Shown here: one piece after another, positions 24,746-37,727 of the stretch
Layout: every line of letters starts with the position of its first letter
How positions within the stretch are numbered: the stretch's first letter is position 1
Assembly (NCBI RefSeq): GCF_006345805.1
Contig: NW_021832580.1
Span: 2,144 to 66,143 of the forward strand
Origin: Octopus sinensis
Taxonomy: Eukaryota
Reading direction: 5' to 3'
Length of the DNA: 64,000 bases
Notes under the pieces: model-generated
What the model was told of the DNA's origin: nothing
What the model saw: only the letters and a program-made list of their open reading frames with translations
Database searches by the model: none
Translations under genes and position numbers: made by a program

Positions 24746-24817
24746 TTCTTGGCCGCTAACAAAGCGACAAGACTTTTTGATTTAAGAAATTTTCTGGCAT
24801 GTATGTACGTACGTATA

Positions 24818-25237
24818 CTCTTTTACTCTTTACTCTTTTACTTGTTTAAGTCATTTGACTGCGGCCATGCTGGAGCACCGCCTTTAGTCGAGCGAATCGA
24901 CCCCAGGTCTTATTCTTTGTAAGCCTAGCACTTATTCTATCGATGTCTTCTGCCGAACCGCTAAGTAATGAGGACACCAACATCGGTTGTCAAGCGATAT
25001 TGGGGGGGGGGGGACAAACACAGACATACAAACATATACGCACACATACACTCATATATATATACATATATACGACGGGCTTCTTTCAGTTTCCGTCTAC
25101 CAATCCACTCACAAGGCTTTGGTCGGCCCGAGGCTATAGTAGAAGACACTTGCCCAAGGTACCACGCAGTGGGACTGTACCCGGAACCATGTGGTTGGTA
25201 AACAAGCTACTTACCACACAGCGCACTTCTGCGCCTT
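24818..25237 (-). mobile_element. CORE-like SINE family A
   Basis: Reverse complement of the full structure. Confidence 0.85.
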
Positions 25238-25253
25238 ATATATATATATATAG

Positions 25254-25286
<33 letters not shown>

Positions 25287-25519
25287 GTATGTATGTATGT
25301 ATACAGACACATATATATATATACATGCATGTAATGATACAGGACGTCATCCCGGTGCTAATAGCATGAAATACGTAAAACGAGAAGAAAATGGAGAACA
25401 GAACAAAGTTAAAACAAAGAAAGAACACTTCATTCGTTGTCGGTTGTCCATCTGCCCCTCATTTCAAGCATCAATATATATATATATATATAATATATAT
25501 ATATATATAATATAAACTT

Positions 25520-26465
25520 AATCTTAGATAAACTTAGATATGTTTTCGACTAAAGATTGGTCCAGGCCATGTCTAACTAATAGCACCACCTGATAGGATT
25601 ATCTAAATCCTGTTTAAGTCAAGTTTTGTTTATGGTCCATTCAAGTAGTGAGTTTTTTTTTGTTGGGTGAATTGTATCCAATTATGGGGGCTTATCTGGT
25701 ATTCCTTGAAGGAATCTATCCAGACTCCGTTTAAAGTTGATGGGATCCTTTTCCTCTTTGATCTCTTTCGGGACAATGTTAAATAGGGCAGGGCCTGTTG
25801 AGGAAAAGAAATTATGTTGCAGTGTACATGTATGCTGTGATCTTGAATTGGGCAGGGGACGTATGGCCCGTGGTCCCAGTCTTGGATGAACCTTGAAGCT
25901 AATGTTCAGGTCGTTTGGGCAAAGTTGGCAGTATATTCTCCACATCGTACAAATGATGTACCGCTCACGGCGGCGCTGGAGAGAGTAGAGTTTCAAGGCT
26001 TTAAGGCGGTCCCAATAATCGAGAGCAGCCATGCCTTCAATTCGTTTAGTGAGTACTCTCTGGATGTTTTGTCTTGTATGGGGAGACCACAGTGGGCAGC
26101 AGTATTCGAGGTGTGGCCGTACAAAGGAGAAAAGTGGTATGATGACACCTTGTTCTCTGGACTGGAAGGTTCTTAAGATCCAGGAGTTCATCCTACGAGC
26201 TATATCGACCTTATTGTTGATGTGGGCATCCAACTGAGATTGTCATCAACAATTACGCCCAGGTCTGATATTGTTAGAGGCTGTGAGCAGTTCACCTGAA
26301 GGAAGAGAGTCTGGCTGTTTTAGTGTGGACTTTCTTCCAAAATGCATCAGCTCAAATTTTCCCTCGTTCAGTTGCATTTTGTTTCTGTCTGCCCATTGAC
26401 TCACAGCATATATATCAGACTGGAGTTGAATATAGACAAAAAGGAAAACTATAATTGTCATTAAA
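25520..26465 (-). pseudogene. 5'-truncated CR1/L2-group LINE (RT end + C-terminal region + 3' UTR)
   Basis: LQSDIYAVSQWADRNKMQLNEGKFELMHFG, then after a frameshift FVRPHLEYCCPLWSP...YWDRLKALKLYSLQRRRERY...GPALFNIVP...FKRSLDRFL. The 3' end is GGTGGTGC...CATGGCC-hairpin-GAAAAC plus (TTTATCTAAG)-type repeats. Confidence 0.9.
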
Positions 26466-26926
26466 TGTGACTAAGGCGCTAGAAACACCTACATTGTTAG
26501 AAGTAAGAGCTAAAATGCTCCAATGCTGTAGTCAGAGCACATGATTCGGCCGAAAAACACTGATTGAATACACACATACACCGATATATATATATATATA
26601 TATATACCAATTAAGGACTGAACACGAAAAGTGGACAGTCAACATGCTAGATATAGACGTCAAATCGCCATTCTCCACAAAAAGATTATGTTCTCAAATC
26701 AAACTCAGCACAAAACCAAAGCAATAAACAAATGAAAATATACGAAATAAAATAATTACCCATGTACTGATCAGTTTCGGTTATTATTATCCGCAAGGAT
26801 AACTGTAACATTCATCAGCATGGTCTGTTATGAATACAATTTGCTGGACTAGATGCAAAAACGATATATATATATATATATACTCACATGTGTGTGTGTG
26901 TGCGTTCGCGCGCACACACACATACA

Positions 26927-26960
<34 letters not shown>

Positions 26961-27552
26961 ACAGTTGTGTTTGAATTTCCAGTGCAGGCATGGCTGTGTG
27001 GTAAGAAGCTTGCTTCCCAACCGCATGGTTCTGGGTTCAGTCCCAGCGTATCGTACCGTGGGTAAGTGTCTTCTACTATTCTTCAAAGTGGTGCTCCAGC
27101 ACGGCCGCAGTCCAATGACTGGTTCAAGTAAAAGATGAAAATATACTAAATTAATTAACAAAGCTTTGGTCAGTTTGGGGCTATAGTGGATGACATTTGA
27201 CCAAGGTGCCAGCTTGTGAAACTGAACTCGAAACCACACGGTTGGAAAGCAAACTTCTTAACCAGACAGCCATGCCTGCATCTTTCTATACTTATGATGA
27301 GCGAATGAAAGAAAGAGGGAGTCTCTTGAAGGACCGTTTCATGGTTTGTCGCTATCTCCTCAGAGAAGACGTATCCGGCTTCCTTCTGCTTAATACTATA
27401 GATCAGTAGTTTATAAAACAGTCATGAAATAGGTTAGCACAGTGGAGGGTAGCCTAAAAAGCAGTTTTGACAGCTTATCATTGATTAAACAATATCTGTA
27501 TTTGTAACAATATGTGTGTGTGAGGGGGGGTATGTGTGTGTGATAGTTAGAC

Positions 27553-27622
<70 letters not shown>

Positions 27623-27695
27623 GCAGATATAGATAGATAGATAGATAGATATATACATACATACATATAGATAAATAGATAGATATATATAGTAT

Positions 27696-27756
<61 letters not shown>

Positions 27757-27916
27757 TAGATGATAGATAGATAGATAGATATAGACATACATACATATAT
27801 ACGTGTGACGTTTGAGCGTGTGTGTATGTACCGGTCATATATTTAACTGCATGTAAATATATTACTGCGCTATCCATTAGAGCGTAAGTCTTTTTTAGAT
27901 ATATGATCCCCTGACG

Positions 27917-28007
<91 letters not shown>

Positions 28008-28008
<1 letters not shown>

Positions 28009-28682
28009 GCGTAGGAGTGGCTGTGTGGTAAGTAGCTTGCTTACGAACCACATGGTTCCGGGTTCAGTCCCACTACGTGGCACCTTGGGCAAGTGTCTTC
28101 TACTATAGCCTTGGGCCGACCAAAGCCTTGTGAGTGGATTTGGTAGACGGAAACTGAAAGAAGCCCGTCGTATATATATATATACAAATTGAGATAGGGG
28201 TTGTAAATGCAACCCTCCATGGGATAACATATATCCAATATACTGCTAGTGAAGTACCCAACAAAGTTAATACATAAATGTTAAGAATTGTACTTATTGT
28301 ACCATATTACTCTTTCATGTACATTGTTTTGTTCTATATTATTATGTTTGACCTTAATGTTCATATGTAGTGGTTTAATAAATTATGTGATTGGGTATTA
28401 TCTGGTAGTTGATTATTGATTAAGATGTATTTCTCCATTTTCTTATTTTGTATATATATATATATATGTATCTGTTTGTCCCCCCTCCCCCCCAACATCG
28501 CTTGACAACCAATGATGGTGTGTTTACGTCCCCGTAACTTAGCAGTTCGGCAAAAGTGACCGGTAGAATAAGTACTAGGCTTATAAAGAACAAGTCCTGG
28601 CGTCGATTCGTTAGACTAAAGGCGGTGCTCCAGCATGGCCACAGTCAAATGACTGAAACAAGTAAAAGAGTAAAGAGTAAAA
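28008..28682 (+). mobile_element. CORE-like SINE family A split at its internal TA tract
   Basis: 5' half at 28008-28185, ~265-bp unrelated insert, 3' half at 28451-28682. Confidence 0.8.
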
Positions 28683-29231
28683 AGTATATATATCTATATA
28701 TAGATATATATGCATTATATACATACATTCATGCATGCATATTTACAAATATATATTGACATACATACGTATACATACACCCATGTACAAAACATATTTG
28801 AATTTTGCAAACGTGTCTGCAGGCGATCAGTATACTTGCATACACTGGAGGAAGTACAAGGTGCTATGCACCGGAATTTCATCGTCCCCATTAATTATCT
28901 TTGATTATTCAACAATTGTTAATTGAAGCTCTAGCTATTCAGACCATATCTTGAATCAGTGGTGGTGGTGGTGGTGGTGGTCGGGGGTCTGGAGTTGCTT
29001 TTAGCGTCGCTTTCAGACAAAACGCAAAAACTTCAAGGAATACCCACCCAATGGTTGTTTTTAGCTACCAAAATGAATTGTATATGTTTAATTTGTCGAG
29101 GTTCTCCTCCCTTACTCATAACCTACCTGTAAATCTGTGTGCGTATATATATATATATAAATATTTGCATACACACACAAACAAACAAGCAAGCAAATAT
29201 TTGAGTTTACGTAAATATTTATGTAAACATA

Positions 29232-29271
<40 letters not shown>

Positions 29272-29283
29272 GCATATATGTAA

Positions 29284-29316
<33 letters not shown>

Positions 29317-29335
29317 ATAAATATATATACATACA

Positions 29336-29375
<40 letters not shown>

Positions 29376-29639
29376 CACACACATATATATATATACATAC
29401 ATATATAATATACATACATATATACATACATATATATATATACTATATATATATATATATATACATAATATATATACATACATATATATATATATATACA
29501 TACATATATATATAGATATATTATATATATATACATACATATATAGAAGAACAACAACAAGTCCTGGGGTTGATTTGCTCGACTAAAGGCGGTGCTCCAG
29601 CATGGCCACAGTCACATGACTGAAACAAGTAAAAGAGTA

Positions 29640-30305
29640 AATATATACAGGTGGGGGTAGTGGCTTGTATATACTTATATGCATACATGTAGATATATAT
29701 ATATATATGTATGTGTATGTATGTATGTATCTATACTTTGCTCCTATGAAAGTATGTGTGTATATGTGTGTGCGTGTGTGTGTATATGTGTGCACACCTC
29801 GCTCTGTGTATATAAATGTGTATATACTTATTCATGTATGTATACACATAGCTCGTATGTAAGTATGAGTGTATATACACATCACACCTCTGTAAGTATA
29901 AATATGTGTGTATATAGGTATGTAGTTGTGTATACACAACGCTCTTATGTAAGTTTATACACGCGTGTATATACATGTAAGTATTCATATATGTGGGGTA
30001 GTGGTTTGTGTATATATACTTATGTGCGTACATGTATATATATATGTATGAGTGTGTATATGTGTATCTATATATATGTGCGTGTTTTTGTATGTCTATA
30101 CATCGTTCCTATGAAAGTATGTGTGTATATGTGAGTGTGTGTGTGTGTATGTGTACACCTCGCTCTGTGAATATGTGTATATACTTATTCATGTATGTAT
30201 GTATGTATGTATGTATGTATACACATAGCTCGTATGTAAGTATGTGAGTGTGTATACAGATCACTCCCCATTTATGCATACATATATATCTACATGTAAT
30301 GCATA

Positions 30306-30339
<34 letters not shown>

Positions 30340-30681
30340 AAGTATAAATGTGTGTTTATAGCTATGTATGTATTTATGTATACACTTCGCTCTTATGTAA
30401 GTTTATACACGCGCGTATATATATATATATAATATATGTGTGAGTGTGTGAGTGTGTATACAGATCACACCTCATATATGCATACATGTATGCATATAAG
30501 TATATATATATATATATATATATATATGCAAAGTATAAATATGTGTGTATATAGCTATGTATGTATTTATGTATATACTTCGCTCTTATGTAAGTTTATA
30601 CACGCGTGTATATATATATATGTGAGTGTGTGGTGCGTATACAGATCACTCCTCATATATGCATACATATATCTACATGTA

Positions 30682-30727
<46 letters not shown>

Positions 30728-30845
30728 AAGTATAAATATGTGTGTATATAGCTATGTATGTATTTATGTATATACTTCGCTCTTATTTAAGTTTATACAC
30801 GCGTGTATATATATATACATATGTGAATGTGTGGTGCGTATATTT
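29640..30845. repeat. Higher-order ~180-200-bp minisatellite built from TA/TG matrix
   Basis: Units containing CAGATCAC...AAGTATAAAT...CTTCGCTCTTATGTAAGTTTATACACGCG recur at ~30255, ~30460 and ~30640. An earlier unit type (CCTATGAAAGTATG...CACCTCGCTCTG) recurs at ~29742 and ~30108. Confidence 0.8.
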
Positions 30846-30849
30846 CTGT

Positions 30850-32217
30850 ACACACCGCTCTTTTACAGACGTCAATGGGTTGAAAAAGATGTTGCGTCGA
30901 AACCGGCAAAAATATTGCGTGTGCGATGAAGGGGAGAAGCGATCTCTCCCCTTTTCCTCACACCATTCCCCATGCGGCCCATTACTTACAGTCTCACCGT
31001 TTCTATATCCTATTCTAAATTTTTCCCCCTCTCTAATCCCTTCACCTTCTTCATCACCACGTACACTCACACACACACACACACACGATCAGGCTTTCCT
31101 TTTCTTTTTCTTTCCTCTCTCTCTCTCTTTCTCTCACTCTCTCCTTTGCAGTCCCTTTCTATCTGTAACTCACTCAGTCACTTCCTTACTTTTTGTCTTT
31201 CACTCACCCACTCACACTTTCTCCTTAATCCCTCTCTCTTTCTTCTTTCTCCCTCGCTCTTTCTTCCTCCCCTATCTCTCACTCACTCACTCACTCACTC
31301 TCTCTACTCTATATCCTTATAATCTTTCTCCTCCTCCTCCTCTCCCCCCCAATTTGTCACGTTACGCTGATAGGTGTCGCCCCTGGATAAAACGAGGCCA
31401 GCGTGCGCACATGCGCCCTCTTCAAGGGTAGCAGTAGTCGTAGTAGTGATGATGGCGGTGATGGTAATGGTGGCGGCGGTGGTGATGATGATGATGATGG
31501 TGGTGGCGGCGGTGGTGATGAAGGTGGTGGTGGTGGCGGTAATGGCAGTCATAATAAAAGCGACTGCGATGGTGTTTCTCCCACCTTTACCGTTACTCGT
31601 GTAATTTCGTTACTTGCAGAAACGGTAGTGGTTGTTGTCGTGTGTGGGGGGCCCCAGTTCAGCTCTGATCCAGCTGACGTGTGATCAAAAGCGTTCCAGT
31701 CATGACCACTTCGTCTGTTGTTGTGTGTGTGTGTGTCTCTCTCTCCCTGGGATGACATTGTCCAATATGAGTTGATGGAAGGTTTTTTTTTTGGCTGTTT
31801 TTTTTTTCTTTTTAACAGGTCGCGCAATCACGACCACATAGAGGCTTCCCTACCACGACCACCACCACCACCACCGCCCGTTGATAGAACAGTAGTAGTA
31901 GTAGTGATGATGACGGAGGTGGTGATGGTGGTGTCTGAAAGAAAGTTAGAACCGGGTTGTATGAAGGTTGAAAAGGGGGGAAAAAGGAGAGATGAAGAAA
32001 AAAAAAGTGTTTATGGAAGAGGTGGGAGAGGATGTGAAGAGAGAGAGAGAGAGAGAGGAGGAAAGTAGAGCAACATTGGCACGTGAACATCGAAAAAAAA
32101 AAACTGGAGACACCCAAATGGTGTATAAATACATACACGCATTCAGCTAACCATGTACACACTTGTACGCGGGTATATATATAGATAGATAAATAGGTGG
32201 ATAGATAGATGGATAGG

Positions 32218-32256
<39 letters not shown>

Positions 32257-32736
32257 GATAGATAGACTGATAGATAGACGGACAGACAGGCAGATAGATA
32301 GATAGATAGAGATAGATGGATAGATAGACAGACACACAGATAGATAGATAGACAGATAGATAGACAGATGGATAGATATATAGATGGATAGATAGATAGA
32401 TAGATAGATAGATGATAGATAAGTTTCTTTATTTTCATGGATAAATTTGGTAGAAGATAGAGAAAACGTGATAGATATTGAAATAATAAGAAAAGACGAG
32501 ACAGATTGGGATAGAGAGAAAGAAGGAGAGTAAAGAAAAAAAGCGAGACACTACAAAGCGATAAGAGATAGAGAGAAAGAAAGTATAAGATATAGAAGAG
32601 TAAATTAGAGAGAGTAAGAGAGATAAGGTGGCAGTACGGGGTAGAGTAGAAGTGTGAGGGGACGAGCGAGCGAGAGAGAGAGAGAGAGAGAGAGGGGGAA
32701 TAGTGTGTCAGTGTGTGTATATGTAAATATGTGTCT

Positions 32737-32769
<33 letters not shown>

Positions 32770-33300
32770 ATATTTTTTTTTAAAGCTGTATTTGTGGCAC
32801 GTTGTTCCTGCTGTACTCTAAACTAAAACTACTACAACTCCCCTCACTTAAGATCGCTTCCTTTTTGCGAGACGCATATACTTTAACACACACACATACA
32901 TGTATGTATATGTGTGTGTATATGTATGCATAGATAGAGTTGAGTACACACGCACATATATACACATGCGCAATATTCAAGACGCGCGACGGAAAGACAC
33001 GAAAAGCAAGTGAGAAAGCGAGGGAGAAGGCGACATAGAGAGAGGGTGAGCGAGACTCAACGAGAGAGAGAGAGAGAGAAGGAAGAGAGAGAGAGTGAGA
33101 GAGAAAGGAAGAGAGTGAGTGAGAGAGAGAGAGAGAGTCATACGGACGTAGAAAAAGCCAGAGCGAAGACCAGAAAAAAGTGTACATATATATATACATC
33201 GTATTTAATATATATATTTATGTGTGTATATAGAGTTTTAAGGTGACGGGAAAACGGAGCAAAAAAGGAGAAAAAAGAAAAAAATAATTATCAGCTACCA
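30850..33300 (+). promoter_or_regulatory. Putative promoter/5'-UTR region of the WH gene (CpG-enriched unique blocks interleaved with GA, GGT/GAT and GATA tracts)
   Basis: CpG-richer non-TE blocks lie at ~30850-30960, 31340-31720, 31810-31870 and 32960-33310, upstream of ATG 33681. There is a strong acceptor-like site TTTTTTTCTTTTTAACAG| at 31818 and a possible acceptor ACCAG| at 33675 just before the ATG. Confidence 0.35.
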
Positions 33301-33680
33301 ACCGGCGAAAGAGACTTTAAACATTAATACTGATTATACACCCAACTGGATATATATTTACATACATCTATATACACTACACACATGTATACTTGTATAT
33401 ATACACCTATATTGATTGATTGAAACCTTGGATAGGTCTGCCATGTGTGTATATATGCATGTATCTACACATGTATACTTTAACTACACGTAAATTAATA
33501 GATTAATAGGATATGTCTGCGTATATGTATATATACGCATCTCTCTTATATTAACAGTTGCTTATATGTATATACACAGATATATATAGATATATTATAT
33601 ATCAGAAAATTTATATATACACCACACAATATATACAAATACAGATATAAACAGTTTTTTTAAATATAAAACCAGGCAAC

Positions 33681-34850
33681 ATGACAGAGAACACCGCAAA
33701 AGATTTGATACTGGACATTATCGGTCGTTTGCGAAGCCGCAAAGCCCGACCTGATTTCGAAAATATTTGCCACATGGCCTCGCGGAAACATGGATTAAGT
33801 TTGAAAGAAACGGAGGAGATGATGAGCAAGCTGGTGCAGGAGAATATTGTCATCAGAGTCACTTACAAAGGAAGGACGAGCTACAGAAATGCGGCCAAGT
33901 GCTCCAAGACCCGAATGCACGCCGAACTTTTGAACAAGAAAGCAGCAACGAAACTGCGGTTTGCCATTCAATCGCGCTGTTCACTGAACAACAATAATAA
34001 CAGTAATAGCAACAACAACAGCATTAGTAAGTGTGAAAAACACAGAGGTGTTAATAATAATAATAATAACACTAATAATAATAATAATAACTGTACAAAT
34101 AGTACTTGTGATAACAATTCCGTGAATGACTGTGTCCTTTCTTCTAATGCCGCTACTACGAACCAAAGTGGAGCCGGTTCGTGTGACAGTAAAACTTGTA
34201 GCCACTCTGCTCAAAAATCCAGGTCGAATTATCAGGATCCTAGTGTAGCCACCATTACCAATAATAATAATAATAATTGCACGGCGACCCAGGTACTTAC
34301 TGATGAATGCAACGGTGGTGGTGTTGATGATGATAGTGGTGATGTAGGTGTCAGTCGCGAACAGATCGAACTGTGGTGGCATGCACAAGGTTTCGAATCG
34401 GCTCTGGCGAAGATTGATTTAAACACGGTCATCCAAAACGAATTAATTGCTAAAAATATCCAGCTTTTACCGAACGGAAAGTTGGCGTTGACCAACAGTG
34501 GATCTACTACGACTGCCAATTCGGCCCTTTTAAATACCGCATCTCTTTCATCTTTGGTACCATTCTCTTCAGATTCCTTGCCGACAACAAATTCTTCGTC
34601 TTTTGTCCCCTGTTCGACTCCCGACACATCCACTGTGTCCCTTTCTTGCCAAGCACCCCTTTCACATGCAGCAGCAGTAGCAGCAGCAGCAGCAACAGAC
34701 ACGAGCCCTTCCGATAAACAGAAGGCTGATCTGGATAGGAATGGTATCTGTGGAAGCGGTGGGACAGGTGACACAAGCCGTCATCCTGTCAGTAAGAACT
34801 GTCTCCCCAAACCACCCTGTAAAAGAGGACGTCCTGTCTCAAGACGAAAG
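33681..34850 (+). CDS. First coding exon of a SAMD1-like winged-helix chromatin protein (WH1 aa ~6-73; probable H15-like WH2 aa ~84-271 split by an Asn-rich insert; KRGRP motif aa 381-385)
   Basis: The 408-aa ORF is the only long ORF here not explained by microsatellites or TEs. Its N-terminus LILDIIGRLRSRKARPDFENICHMASRKHG...LVQENIVIRVTYKGRTSYRNAAK closely resembles the human SAMD1 WH as I recall it (ILDTIDSLRSRKARPDLERICRMVRRRHG...LRVSYKGSISYRNAAR). A phase-0 donor AAG|GTAAAA lies at 34850/34851, after which the sequence decays into CA/TA repeats. Orthology is not established, so no symbol is given. Confidence 0.85.
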
Positions 34851-35143
34851 GTAAAAAATTCAAAGAGGCAATCTATTTTTATTGACATGCCACATTCACT
34901 CCATTAACACACACGCAGTAATACATAAATACACACATTCGCCAATATACAAGCACCAACACATACATTTATACGCATGCATACACACACATGGTCACAC
35001 TCGCGCGCGCGCATATTCCCGTACACACATTACTTTCATTTTCTTGTATTATAAATTTTTTATTTATATTTTATCCGTTAACATTTCCTGTCTTTATAAA
35101 TTAATTAAATTTACACGTTTAACTAAAAACACAAATAATCAAT

Positions 35144-35197
<54 letters not shown>

Positions 35198-35744
35198 TAT
35201 ATACTTATTATTTTACTTGTATTATATATTGATAATCCATTTTTATACTTTTTGGGATCTAGTTATAAGTCATGTTTTATAAAAATTTATTATTTGTTTT
35301 TTATGTTTTGGTTTATGTCTATCACTGTTTGAGTTGCATAATAGTGGTTTTATCTCTAATTTATATTTCATATATATATATATATGTATTATATATCATC
35401 GGTGGTGCCCCAGCATGGCCGCAGCCTTCGGGCTAAAACATTTTTAAGGATTTAAGGATATTAAATATATATATATATATATATTAAATGGCGGTGCCCC
35501 AGCATGGCCACAGCTCGCGAGCTGAAACTACATAAAATGAAAATGTATGTATGTGTGTGTATGTATGTATGTATGTATGTATGTGTGTGTATGTATGTAT
35601 GTATGTATGTGTGTGTATATATGTATGTATGTGTGTGTATATATGTATGTATGTGTGTGTATATATGTATGTATGTGTGTGTATATATATGTATGTATGT
35701 GTTAATGTATGTTGTGTTGTGTTATATATGATGTATGTTGTGTA

Positions 35745-35788
<44 letters not shown>

Positions 35789-37660
35789 CATACATACATA
35801 CATATATTTATAATGTGTGTGTGGATTTCCGGCAAAGTTTCTAAATAGCCGTCCCTCGAAGTCCCATACCTCATAGCAAACGAAAGGGCGGGAGGATTTC
35901 GAGAGACAGCTGTTCCCAAAACTCCACCGTTTTTTTTTTTTCTTTCCGTCGGTCTCGAAACCATTGCTTTATAAACCACCGACCGAATTCCTTCCTTACT
36001 CGTCGAATTAACGCATTAAACTGCCGATTATTCCACCACATATTCTGACAGACACGCGTACCCTTAACGCAATTACCAAGCAGTATCAGCGTGACACAGC
36101 GTATGTGTGTGTGTGTCTGTGTGTGACACGGTTGTGGGGGGGGGGTTGCAACCGAGTTACAGGTACAACACCCATACACACACTCACTCAAAAGAATCGA
36201 TTCCAGTTATGCACTGGTACACTTTATCGACCCCCCACCGAAAAGGTTGAGAGATGTAAAGACGGCAAAATGGCAAAATCGTTAGAATGTTGAAGAGAAT
36301 GCGTTGCGCTATTTCATTCCGGCACTTTTGTTGCCCTCACTTCAAAATACTCCTCCGAGGTCAACTTTGCTTTTTTCCTCTATATCTTAAGAGATCTTGT
36401 CAGGCACACTTTGAGCGCACACACTCACACACACACTTGTTTGCTTATATATAAGAATGCCACAAAATGTAAACATTGACATACCTACAAATAAATACAT
36501 GCTCAATAAATGATATAAATACGTATATATATATATCTCTATATATTCCATATATACCCTGAGTGTTTACAACTCTCTCTCTCCCTTTCTCTCTCTCCAC
36601 ACACACAACACTTCAATGGTCTCTGTTCATCATTATATATATGTATATATATATATAGATATATATACAATCAATCGCTCCTGTTTTTCACGGCGAACGG
36701 GTTAAGAAGCGCAACTGTGAAATAGTAATGATTTAATAATAATTTCTTTCATTTATTTAGCCACGGAAATTTACATTCAGTTTTCATTAACCGCCTATTA
36801 TTTAATTTATACAGCGCTTTAAAACTAGTGGGAGGCGTCGACGAAACAGGACAAATTTATTTTAAAACGAAGGAGATATATCTAGAAGGAGGACACTGTA
36901 ACATTCGCCTTTAAAAAAAAAATGAGGACATAAAATAATAAATATATAAGATTAAAGAAAGACAACACAGTAATAGATTCAAACAAGATAATAATAATAA
37001 TAATAATAATAATAATCACAAAGTTTATTCTTCATTATTAAGCCTACATAATTATTACAACATCTGTGTCCTTGATTATGATATTAAAATATTATTTAAT
37101 AATAATAATGATAATAATGATAGTAATTAATTAGTTTATTGGCCACAAGGGCTGGCTGGCGAAAATTAATTAAAACATAATGTACCGTCGTTCCGTCAAA
37201 TTGGCAAGTGCGCTAGAACGGCTCACCCCACACACCGCCGCCTGGCCAAGGTACTTGCGCACTTGTTTCTCTCTCTCTCTCTCTCTCTCTATACCAACTT
37301 CAATTATTATGGAGACTCTGAGTGCTACAGTGTGTTCTAGTACACAAGTAGCAGACCAGTCACTACTTTTAATCGGCGCTGTTTCAGTTGTTGTTGGGGA
37401 GTAAAAAATTTTAAAAAAATTTTAAAAAATAATTCAACTTTAAACTCGGGAATCGTCAACTGTCACATAAGATATAGCACGCGCGTGTACACACTCGCAT
37501 ACACACACACATTTGTAAATTTAATGCACAGCAAACGAATTTATCTAATCCAGTGATACTATAAATATATATATATATATATTATGGTATTCTCTCCACA
37601 CCAGGTCCCGTTTCAGGATTATCCATAGACGGGGCCTAGAGTAACGGATAGCGCGCTGCG

Positions 37661-37717
<57 letters not shown>

Positions 37718-37727
37718 GTATGTATAT

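Noticed and set aside
31393-31407. NRF1-like site TGCGCACATGCGC
   Set aside because: It has an extra CA relative to the TGCGCATGCGCA consensus, and a single short motif is not supportable.
31403-31684. 93-aa Gly/Asp-rich ORF upstream of the WH gene
   Set aside because: It is explained by a GGT/GAT trinucleotide mosaic, has no domain, and all frames give homopolymeric peptides. At most a uORF.
33681-33900. Calling the gene KAT6/enok or assigning the symbol SAMD1
   Set aside because: The motif is SAMD1-type, not KAT6-type, and no PHD, MYST or SAM exons are visible, so orthology cannot be fixed from this window.
34851-34907. Last 18 codons of the 408-aa ORF
   Set aside because: They follow a good phase-0 donor and grade into CA/TA repeats, so they are most likely intronic.
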